Below are positions 6,210 to 12,867 of a DNA stretch of 12,867 bases, piece by piece. Below the pieces are notes generated by a model. The model saw only the letters and a program-made list of their open reading frames with translations, was not told the DNA's origin and searched no databases. Source of the DNA: a bacterium (lineage in GTDB: Bacteria > Bacillota > Clostridia > Oscillospirales > Oscillospiraceae); the NCBI GenBank assembly GCA_963597355.1, contig CAVBPR010000002.1, positions 290,996-303,862 of the forward strand, written 5' to 3'. How positions within the stretch are numbered: position 1 is the stretch's first letter; each line of letters begins with the position of its first letter. The translations under genes were made by a program, and so were the position numbers.

Positions 6210-7340
6210 TCAAATTTCCCGCTCCATCAGATAAAGCGGTACTTCAGAGTCTTGCGCCATACCGATCTTTCTAAAACCATAGCGACAATAAAAACGATAA
6301 GCCGTTTCGTTTTCTGGAGCGCATCGCAAACGCAGTTTTGTACGTCCCATTTTACGAAACGTAGAGATTGCCTGACCTAACAACTGTATTCCCAAACCAT
6401 GTTTTCGGTGTGTTGCGTCAACATAGTAAAAGGGAATAAAACCAACCAGATCTTTCGCATATGTTTCAAAATCCATTTCGATCAGGCCGATGGGGATGCC
6501 GTTTGATAGAACAATTTGCACTGCCGATGCATCATAGGAAGAGTGCTTTCGGACAGCATCCAGGAAAGAATTGCCATGATAATGCGCCATTGTGCCGTGA
6601 CTGCTCATCCAAGCTTCTTCACGCCAGGCAAGATAGAGCTGTTCTTCGGATTTGGGGTTCCAGGGTCGAAACCATAACAGTTCTGCAGGAATTCCATCGG
6701 TCTGCGTTGGTTGTTTGGGTCGAAATGTCGTTTTAGTAACATCCCTCGTCAAATGGTCAATGCGATTAAACCACTGCACATGAATTCCCTGTGAATCGGC
6801 CTGCAGGCACGAAATTGCTGTGTTCATTCCATCTGGAAGATAATGCTCAGCGCAGGACAATTTTGTCAGCAGTAATCTGATTACGGTGCCATGACTGATG
6901 ACCGCAATGGTGCGGTTCGGATTTACAGCGATAATTTTTTGGAGGCAATTAAAAATGCGTTGTTGCGCATGAAATAAAGTTTCTCCGCCCTCAATATGCC
7001 AATTTAAATCTCCAAGTTGAAAATGTGCCATACGTTCAGGGTCACAGTTCATTGCAGCACCATAGGGAACGTCTTCCCATATACCAAAATTGACCTCACG
7101 CAGGGCAGGATCTGTATGAAGTGAAAGGTGTTTTGAAAGATAAAGAGCCTGTGCGGTTTGGCATGCACGACGCAGATCGCTGGAATATACTGCATCCAAT
7201 GGAATTTGATCAAAAAATGTACTCAGGCATGCAATTTGCTGTTGCCCTAGTGCGGTAACCGGACTGTCATATTGTCCTTGAATGCGTTTAAATAAATTCC
7301 CTTCGGATTCTGCATGGCGAATTAAATATATGGTGGTCAT
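6210..7340 (-). CDS. Bifunctional fusion of an N-terminal histidine phosphatase (phosphoglycerate-mutase superfamily, branch 1) and a C-terminal GNAT N-acetyltransferase
   Basis: Residues 1 to about 200 carry the RHxxxxxN motif (LIRHAESEGN), a second Arg (SDLRRA), an acid residue (REVNFG) and the distal His (ISHGTVIR). Residues from about 215 to 376 carry GNAT motif A (HRKHGLGIQLLGQAI) and a C-terminal AYRFYCRYGF block. It is one uninterrupted frame. The SD is weak (GAG about 12 nt upstream). Confidence 0.85.
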   Translation of the reverse strand: MTTIYLIRHAESEGNLFKRIQGQYDSPVTALGQQQIACLSTFFDQIPLDAVYSSDLRRACQTAQALYLSKHLSLHTDPALREVNFGIWEDVPYGAAMNCDPERMAHFQLGDLNWHIEGGETLFHAQQRIFNCLQKIIAVNPNRTIAVISHGTVIRLLLTKLSCAEHYLPDGMNTAISCLQADSQGIHVQWFNRIDHLTRDVTKTTFRPKQPTQTDGIPAELLWFRPWNPKSEEQLYLAWREEAWMSSHGTMAHYHGNSFLDAVRKHSSYDASAVQIVLSNGIPIGLIEMDFETYAKDLVGFIPFYYVDATHRKHGLGIQLLGQAISTFRKMGRTKLRLRCAPENETAYRFYCRYGFRKIGMAQDSEVPLYLMEREI

Positions 7341-7373
7341 CTGGTGGTTTTTCTCTTTTCCGTTGGTTTTGTT

Positions 7374-8294
7374 TTACCAGGGCTTCACCTGTCCGGTGAG
7401 TTGCTTTACGCTGGTCATTCCCTGTTCTGCAGCAATTTTTGCCAATTCATCTCTTACGTGAATTGGTGCATATGGATCAGAGAAACAAGCGGTTCCAACA
7501 GCCACTGCAGTAGCTCCGGCCAGCATGAGCTGGGCGGCATCTTCTCCCTTGGCAACACCGCCCATTCCGAGCACAGGAATGTTTACTGCATTTGCAACTT
7601 CCCATACCATACGGACGGCTACGGGGAGGACGGCAGGCCCGGAAAGTCCACCTGTATTCATATGGAGAATGGGACGGTGTGTCTTTACATCTATCCGCAT
7701 GCCGCGCAGAGTATTGATCAGAGAGACCGCGTCGGCGCCTGCATCTTCTACAGCGCGAGCAATTTCCGTGATATCTGTGACGTTGGGGGAAAGCTTAACC
7801 ATTACAGGCACAGAAGAGTGTTTCTTTGCTTCGGCGGTTACTTCTGCTGCCATTGCCGGAACCACGCCATATTGCAGTCCGCCTGCTTTGACGTTTGGAC
7901 AGGAGATATTGACCTCGATCATATCAACGCCCGCCTCGGAAAGCTTAGAGCACATAATACCGTATTCTTCCGGAGTATTACCGGAAATGTTTGCGATGAT
8001 CTTAACGTCATGTTTGCGCAGATCTGCCAATTCGTGCTCAATAAAACCGTCAACGCCGGGATTTTGCAAGCCGACCGAATTAAGAATGCCCATAGGAGTT
8101 TCTGCAATGCGGGGTGGCGGATTGCCCTCGCGCTTATGCAACGTAAGTCCTTTTACACAAATGCCGCCCAGTTCATCCAATGAATAGAACTGACTGTATT
8201 CACGACCAAATCCAAAGGTTCCGGATGCAACAACCACAGGGTTTTTCATTGTCATACCGGCAAGCGTAACGCTCATGTCGATTGAATTATTCAT
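7374..8294 (-). CDS. pyrD: Dihydroorotate dehydrogenase, class 1B catalytic subunit
   Basis: Motifs KNPVVVASGTFGFG, NISCPNVK (catalytic Cys), GGLSGPA and GMGGV are present. I moved the start to ATG at 8294 (MNNSIDMSV...) because GAGGAGGTG sits 7 nt upstream. This start overlaps the pyrK stop by 8 nt (ATGAATAA). The ORF-track extension to 8399 runs inside pyrK. Confidence 0.93.
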   Translation of the reverse strand: MNNSIDMSVTLAGMTMKNPVVVASGTFGFGREYSQFYSLDELGGICVKGLTLHKREGNPPPRIAETPMGILNSVGLQNPGVDGFIEHELADLRKHDVKIIANISGNTPEEYGIMCSKLSEAGVDMIEVNISCPNVKAGGLQYGVVPAMAAEVTAEAKKHSSVPVMVKLSPNVTDITEIARAVEDAGADAVSLINTLRGMRIDVKTHRPILHMNTGGLSGPAVLPVAVRMVWEVANAVNIPVLGMGGVAKGEDAAQLMLAGATAVAVGTACFSDPYAPIHVRDELAKIAAEQGMTSVKQLTGQVKPW

Positions 8295-9045
8295 CCCAGC
8301 ACACCTCCTCAGCAGCAAAGACGGGTCCATCTTTGCAGACGTGTCGATAAGCACCGTCAGTATTCTTGCATGCGCATACCAGACAGGCGCCGATTCCACA
8401 ACCCATTCGTTCCTCCATGCTTACTTGACATGGTACACCGTGTTTTTTTGCTGCATCGTAGACTGTTTTCAGCATGATCTTAGGACCGCATGCCAGAACA
8501 GCCGAAATTTCCGGACGTTCTGTCAACGCTGTGTCGACAATGCCCGCAACATAGCTGTGTACACCCAAGCTTCCATCATCACTGGAGATATATACCTGAT
8601 CACAGCATTGCTCAAATTCCGGAATCAGCATTGCTTTGTCGGCATTGCGGAAACCAAGACAGGCGATAGCGCCGGTTGGAGCACTACGAGCGGTGTGAAG
8701 CATAGGAGGAACACCGATACCGCCGCCAACAACCAATACCTTTCCCTGCGGGTAGGAAAAACCATGTCCCAAGGGCCCCATAACATCTAGAAGATCGCCT
8801 TCTTGGCGTGCTGCCAGCCATGCAGTGCCTTCACCACGTACTTCAAAAACGATGTTTAGTTTTGTTCCCTCTACGCGACAAATGGAAATTGGCCGACGAA
8901 GCAACAACCCTTCTCCGCACTTGATGTTGACAAATTGACCTACTGCAGCTGCTTCCGCTAATTCACCGGCCTCCAGCCACAAAGAAACCGCATCTGAGTT
9001 TAATTTTTCAGTACGGAGAATCGAACAAAGTTTTTGTACGGGCAT
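8287..9045 (-). CDS. pyrK: Dihydroorotate dehydrogenase electron-transfer subunit (FAD and 2Fe-2S)
   Basis: An FAD-binding RRPISI motif, a GGGIG nucleotide-binding motif and the C-terminal cluster motif CGIGACLVCAC...VCKDGPVF are present. It sits immediately upstream of pyrD and overlaps it. RBS AAGGAGAG lies 6 nt upstream of the ATG. Confidence 0.93.
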   Translation of the reverse strand: MPVQKLCSILRTEKLNSDAVSLWLEAGELAEAAAVGQFVNIKCGEGLLLRRPISICRVEGTKLNIVFEVRGEGTAWLAARQEGDLLDVMGPLGHGFSYPQGKVLVVGGGIGVPPMLHTARSAPTGAIACLGFRNADKAMLIPEFEQCCDQVYISSDDGSLGVHSYVAGIVDTALTERPEISAVLACGPKIMLKTVYDAAKKHGVPCQVSMEERMGCGIGACLVCACKNTDGAYRHVCKDGPVFAAEEVCWDE

Positions 9046-9058
9046 CTTGATCTCTCCT

Positions 9059-9982
9059 TTATCGAATCGTTACAAACCGGCAAATATCCTCACGCATTGC
9101 GATTGCAGCATCACGCGCCGCCTGCTGATAATCGGTGCCATTATTGCCTGTTTTCTTCCAGGCGCACATAATTCCTCTGGAGGAATTGACAATTGCGCCA
9201 TGGCCGTTTGCATCAAAAGCATACTGGACATCTTCTGCAGTTCCACCTTGTGCTCCGTATCCGGGGACAAGGAAGAACGTGTGGGGCAATTGTGCTCGCA
9301 GTAACTTGATTTGCTCCGGATAAGTAGCGCCAGTTACAGCACCGACCCGATTATAGCCGTATGTGCCAGCAAAACTTCCGGCCCATTGTTCCGTCAGAGA
9401 ACCCATCACTTCGTAGATGTGGCGGTCACCACTCATCTGATCCTGTAAATCAATTGCGGACTTATTTGAAGTGCGCACCAAAGCAAATACGCATTTATCG
9501 TATTTTTCGCAGTCATTCAGAAAAGGCTGAATTGCATCAGCGCCCATGTATCCATTCAGCGTGACACAATCGGCATCAAAAGTGGCAAAAGTGCTGTTTC
9601 CAACGACGGTGCGACCGAGCCAGCCCTCGCTATAGGCGGTAGCTGTAGCGCCGATATCGCCGCGCTTGATGTCAGCGATTACATAAAGCCCCTTGCTTTT
9701 TGCGTATTGAATTGTTTTTTCCAGCATTTCCATGCCGCGCCAGCCAAGATTTTCATAGTATGCGGACTGAGGTTTGACGGCAGGAACAACATCACACAAA
9801 GCATCGATCAAGCCGCAGTTAAATTCATAGATTGCAGCTACACCTGCCTGAAGGCTTTCACCGTATTGATCAACATATTTTTTTAAAATAAACTCCGGGA
9901 CATATTCCACGCGGGCATCCAGACCTGCAACAGTTGGATTCAGCTTTTCAATAATTTTTTTCTGTAGTTTATCAAATGACAT
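9059..9982 (-). CDS. pyrF: Orotidine 5'-phosphate decarboxylase, long (type 2) form
   Basis: The catalytic DIKRGDIGATA motif is present, and the length of about 307 aa fits the long subfamily. I chose ATG at 9982, where GGAGG sits 8 nt upstream. The ORF track uses the adjacent GTG at 9985. The gene overlaps the pyrC stop by 11 nt. Confidence 0.92.
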   Translation of the reverse strand: MSFDKLQKKIIEKLNPTVAGLDARVEYVPEFILKKYVDQYGESLQAGVAAIYEFNCGLIDALCDVVPAVKPQSAYYENLGWRGMEMLEKTIQYAKSKGLYVIADIKRGDIGATATAYSEGWLGRTVVGNSTFATFDADCVTLNGYMGADAIQPFLNDCEKYDKCVFALVRTSNKSAIDLQDQMSGDRHIYEVMGSLTEQWAGSFAGTYGYNRVGAVTGATYPEQIKLLRAQLPHTFFLVPGYGAQGGTAEDVQYAFDANGHGAIVNSSRGIMCAWKKTGNNGTDYQQAARDAAIAMREDICRFVTIR

Positions 9983-11267
9983 CACAATTTCCTCCGTCCT
10001 GATAGATAATCTTACCGGAAACGATCGTATATTTCACTTTTCCTTTTAAATAAGCACCATTGAATGGCGTGTTTCGTCCTTTGGATGCAAACTGCGCTGT
10101 GTCCACAACCCATTCTTCGTTTGGATCAAAAATAGTGATATCTGCATCGGATCCAACAGCAATACGACCTTTGTCGAGATGAAGAATGCGAGCGGGGTTT
10201 GCGGTCATCTTTTCAATAATCTGCTGCAACGTCATCTCACCGGAATGATACAGATTGGTCAAAGTCACACCCAGGGAAGTCTCCAAACCGACCATGCCGC
10301 TGGGAGCATGCTCAAGATCACGGGCTTTCTCTTCCGCTGAATGCGGTGCATGGTCTGTCACAATGCAGTCGATGGTGCCATCCTTCAGTCCAGCAATAAT
10401 TGCAGCCACATCTGCTGTGGTGCGCAGGGGAGGGTTGACCCGTGCCTGCGTGCCCTGCTTTAATATTTCCTCGTGTGTCAGTGAAAAATACTGCGGGCAG
10501 GTTTCACAAGTGATTTGTACTCCTTTTTTCTTATAGCGACGAACAATGTCAACTGCCTTTGCAGTGGATATATGGCAGATATGAACTGCAGTGTGTGTTT
10601 CTTCTGCTAGCATGGCATCGCGCATGACCATAATTTCCTCGGCAATCGCCGGCCGGCCGGGAAGTCCGAGTTGGCGGGATACACGACCTTCGTTCACAGC
10701 GTAATTTTTTACCATGTCAGCATCTTCGCAGTGAGTCAACACGCTCATGCCCTGTCGATAAGCACAAATGAGAGCATCCCGCATCAGATTTGCGTTCTGA
10801 ACAGGAAGTCCATCATCAGACAGCGCAACTGCACCTGCTTCCTTCAGCGCCTTCGCATCTGTCAAAGTTTCGCCCTTTTCGCCTCTTGAAACGGCACCAA
10901 TCGGCATGACATGCACACCGCTTCCTTCCTCGGAGCGCTGAAAAACATATTGAATCATTTCCGGCGTATCAATTGTCGGGTTTGTATTTGGCATGCATGC
11001 AACGGTGGTAAATCCGCCATGTGCCGCAGCGTTTGAACCCGAAATAATGTCCTCTTTGTATGTGAATCCGGGATCACGGAAATGGACGTGCATATCAATC
11101 AGACCGGCACAGACAGTCAATCCGGACGCGTCCAATATTTGCGCCTCTCCATCTTGAATATCTGCAGAAACAGCCAGAACCTGTCCGTCTTCAATCAGAA
11201 TGTCCGTTATCTGCTCGTGTTTGGATAAAGGGTCAATTACTGTACCGTTTTTAATTAGCAGTTTCAT
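9972..11267 (-). CDS. pyrC: Dihydroorotase
   Basis: An amidohydrolase metal-binding HxH motif (DMHVHFRDPG), a downstream DHAPH motif and the typical N-terminus MKLLIKNG are present. The size of 431 aa fits the family. RBS GAGGTGA is upstream. Confidence 0.95.
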   Translation of the reverse strand: MKLLIKNGTVIDPLSKHEQITDILIEDGQVLAVSADIQDGEAQILDASGLTVCAGLIDMHVHFRDPGFTYKEDIISGSNAAAHGGFTTVACMPNTNPTIDTPEMIQYVFQRSEEGSGVHVMPIGAVSRGEKGETLTDAKALKEAGAVALSDDGLPVQNANLMRDALICAYRQGMSVLTHCEDADMVKNYAVNEGRVSRQLGLPGRPAIAEEIMVMRDAMLAEETHTAVHICHISTAKAVDIVRRYKKKGVQITCETCPQYFSLTHEEILKQGTQARVNPPLRTTADVAAIIAGLKDGTIDCIVTDHAPHSAEEKARDLEHAPSGMVGLETSLGVTLTNLYHSGEMTLQQIIEKMTANPARILHLDKGRIAVGSDADITIFDPNEEWVVDTAQFASKGRNTPFNGAYLKGKVKYTIVSGKIIYQDGGNCDVI

Positions 11268-11305
11268 ATGCTTTGTTTGTCACCTCGCTGAACAATTGAA
11301 AAACC

Positions 11306-11334
11306 TTCACACAAAAATACGATTGTATTATAAT
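11306..11334 (+). promoter_or_regulatory. Candidate divergent promoter toward coaBC
   Basis: On the plus strand: TTCACA (11306-11311), a 17 nt spacer, then TATAAT (11329-11334). It shares the palindromic ATTATAAT core with the minus-strand promoter. It would give a leader of about 190 nt to coaBC. A weaker candidate closer to the gene also exists (TTGTTT, 17 nt spacer, TAAAGT near 11463-11491). Confidence 0.3.
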
Positions 11335-11355
11335 GCATATCGAAATCAGAATCAA
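11327..11355 (-). promoter_or_regulatory. Candidate sigma-A promoter of the pyrC operon
   Basis: On the minus strand: TTGATT (11355-11350), a 17 nt spacer, then TATAAT (11332-11327). The predicted leader to the pyrC ATG at 11267 is about 50-55 nt. Confidence 0.45.
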
Positions 11356-11529
11356 ACGAAAATGCAACTTTTTATTAGCGGTTTCTATGTACGGTATGAT
11401 GAGGATTAATAAAAAGTGCGTTGTAATCCTGCAAAGAGAATGAGTTAATTTTCTTTTCAATCTTGTTTTTTTATGTGAATTTCGGTAAAGTAATAACAAC
11501 CACAGATACAAAATAACGGGGTGTTCGGA

Positions 11530-12732
11530 ATGAATTTGAAAGGAAAGTGTGTCCTTTTAGGAATTAGTGGCGGAATTGCCGCCTATAAGATGGCCAATGT
11601 TGCCAGTATGTTGTGCAAATTGGGGGCAGATGTGGAAGTAATTATGACTCAAAGTGCTACGCAATTTATTACGCCGCTTACTTTTGAGACACTTACAGGA
11701 CATAAATGCATGGTTGACACATTTGATCGTAATTTCAAATTTGATGTCGCCCATATTTCTCTGGCAAAAAAAGCGGATGTGATCCTTGTTGCACCGGCTA
11801 CAGCAAATGTAATCGCAAAAATGGCACATGGAATTGCTGACGATATGCTTACTACTGTGATTTTGGCAGCAAAGTGCCCTAAATTGGTTTCTCCTGCAAT
11901 GAACACAGGAATGCTGGAAAATCCCATCACGCAGGATAATCTCAAAACATTGGAAAAGTACGGCTTTCAGGTAATTCCATCTGAAAGCGGTGTGCTGGCA
12001 TGCAAAGACGTCGGAAGCGGTCGTTTACCTGCGGAATCGACATTAGTGGAATATATTCTGCATGAGATTGCAAAGGAAAAAGATCTTGCTGGAACTCGTA
12101 TTACCGTTACCGCCGGTCCCACTCAGGAGGCACTGGATCCCGTACGGTATCTGACAAACCACTCTACGGGGAAAATGGGATATGCTATCGCGCGTGCGGC
12201 GGCTATGCGTGGTGCAGAGGTTACGTTAGTCCACGGTCAGACTGCGCTTTCGCCGGTTATGTTCGCAAAGGATGTTCCGATTGTTTCAGCGCAAGACATG
12301 TTTACTGCGGTCACCGAGCGGTTTGATACAACGGATATACTGATTATGGCGGCGGCCGTGGCAGATTATCGTCCGGAATCCGTTGCTGATAATAAGATAA
12401 AAAAGAAGGAAGGAAGCGACATGTCCATTCCGCTGGCGCGAACTTCTGATATTTTGGGAACAGTTGGACCGAAAAAAACGCACCAGTTTTTGTGCGGATT
12501 TTCGATGGAAACCCAGGATATGATTCAAAATTCCACAGCAAAGCTAAAAAAGAAAAATTTAGACATGATTGTTGCAAATAATTTAAAAGTTGCCGGCGCT
12601 GGCTTTGGCGTTGATACAAATGTGGTAACGTTCATTGCGGCAGATGGAGCAACGGAACTGCCTCTGATGAGCAAAGAAGACGTGGCAGATGCTATTTTAG
12701 ACGAAATTATGAAACGTAGGGGCTTCAATTGA
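11530..12732 (+). CDS. coaBC: Bifunctional phosphopantothenoylcysteine decarboxylase / phosphopantothenate-cysteine ligase
   Basis: The N-terminal flavoprotein domain has GISGGIAAYK and the PAMNTGM motif. The C-terminal CoaB domain has LTNHSTGKMG, AAVADYRP and KIKK. I chose ATG at 11530. The ORF track uses the in-frame GTG at 11521. Confidence 0.93.
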   Translation: MNLKGKCVLLGISGGIAAYKMANVASMLCKLGADVEVIMTQSATQFITPLTFETLTGHKCMVDTFDRNFKFDVAHISLAKKADVILVAPATANVIAKMAHGIADDMLTTVILAAKCPKLVSPAMNTGMLENPITQDNLKTLEKYGFQVIPSESGVLACKDVGSGRLPAESTLVEYILHEIAKEKDLAGTRITVTAGPTQEALDPVRYLTNHSTGKMGYAIARAAAMRGAEVTLVHGQTALSPVMFAKDVPIVSAQDMFTAVTERFDTTDILIMAAAVADYRPESVADNKIKKKEGSDMSIPLARTSDILGTVGPKKTHQFLCGFSMETQDMIQNSTAKLKKKNLDMIVANNLKVAGAGFGVDTNVVTFIAADGATELPLMSKEDVADAILDEIMKRRGFN

Positions 12733-12802
12733 TAATGATCGCAGTAGAGAAAGAGCAAGAACCGTTTTAATACTTTGTTTTCTAATTTGAGGGGTGAGAA
12801 TC

Positions 12803-12867
12803 TTGGAAAAGGGAAAAATAACGCAAGAAGATATTATGAAATTACTAGACTCTTGCTATGAAAAATG
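12803..12867 (+). CDS. 5' end of an unidentified ORF truncated by the window edge
   Basis: A TTG at 12803 is preceded by GAGGGGTGAG (12789-12798). The frame stays open to the window end and reads MEKGKITQEDIMKLLDSCYEK. No terminator separates it from coaBC. It is too short to assign a family, and the start is not secure (an in-frame ATG lies at 12836). Confidence 0.3.
   Translation, partial: MEKGKITQEDIMKLLDSCYEK

Noticed and set aside
7344-8187. Two long plus-strand ORFs (279 aa at 7344-8183 and 220 aa at 7525-8187) antisense to pyrD
   Set aside because: These are shadow ORFs of a strongly supported gene. Their products are low-complexity and Cys/His/Arg-rich or Ser/Thr/Pro-rich, with no recognisable motifs, RBS or promoter. 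The pyrD frame on the other strand carries all the family motifs.
8295-8399. A 35-codon N-terminal extension of pyrD in the ORF track, with similar extensions of nfnA (322-384) and the asp23-family gene (3507-3542)
   Set aside because: The extensions have no RBS. They run inside pyrK, or upstream of the predicted transcription start, and add residues that are absent from the family N-termini. Internal starts with good Shine-Dalgarno sequences exist at 8294, 385 and 3506.
11402-11430. A hairpin, AGGATTA pairing with TAATCCT, with a 15 nt loop in the putative coaBC leader
   Set aside because: The stem is only 7 bp and AU-rich with a large loop. It has no following U-tract and no alternative pairing that would suggest an attenuator.
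11200-11511. ORFs of 69 aa (plus strand, 11200-11409) and 86 aa (minus strand, 11251-11511) in the pyrC/coaBC divergent spacer
   Set aside because: The region is AT-rich promoter sequence. The products are low-complexity and Leu/Ile/Lys/Tyr-rich, as expected from AT-rich DNA. There is no RBS, and both partly overlap pyrC.
1-12867. CRISPR arrays, tandem or direct repeats, insertion-sequence inverted repeats, integrase, transposase, phage or defence-system genes
   Set aside because: I saw no repeated spacer-repeat periodicity and no long direct or inverted repeats. Every substantial ORF is accounted for by a housekeeping family, and base composition is uniform across the genes. The window therefore does not look like an accessory island.

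Overview
This looks like an ordinary chromosomal housekeeping region from a low-to-moderate GC Firmicute with Clostridia-like gene content. Plus strand, left: the 3' end of a PLP-dependent aminotransferase, then nfnA-nfnB (NADH-dependent ferredoxin:NADP+ oxidoreductase) behind a strong sigma-A-type promoter with a Rex-like operator beside it. Minus strand, centre: nine genes in an unbroken 8.1 kb same-strand run, pyrC-pyrF-pyrK-pyrD, a histidine-phosphatase::GNAT fusion, ung, radA, a CYTH-domain protein and an Asp23/Gls24-family protein. Plus strand, right: coaBC, divergent from pyrC, and the first 21 codons of an unidentified ORF. I found no rRNA, tRNA, CRISPR array, transposase, integrase or recognisable defence gene, and no convincing novel multi-gene system. 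The items worth a second look are modest: (1) a 490 nt gene-free gap between the convergent nfnB and asp23-like genes, with two strong hairpins bracketing a coding-like GC stretch and a 64-codon ORF; (2) the phosphatase::GNAT fusion inside a pyr/DNA-repair gene train; (3) a CYTH protein in the slot downstream of radA where disA sits in the model Firmicute arrangement; (4) the Rex-type operator at nfnAB; (5) back-to-back promoters that share one palindromic -10 between pyrC and coaBC. All calls come from reading the sequence and from family motifs recalled from memory. No database search was run.
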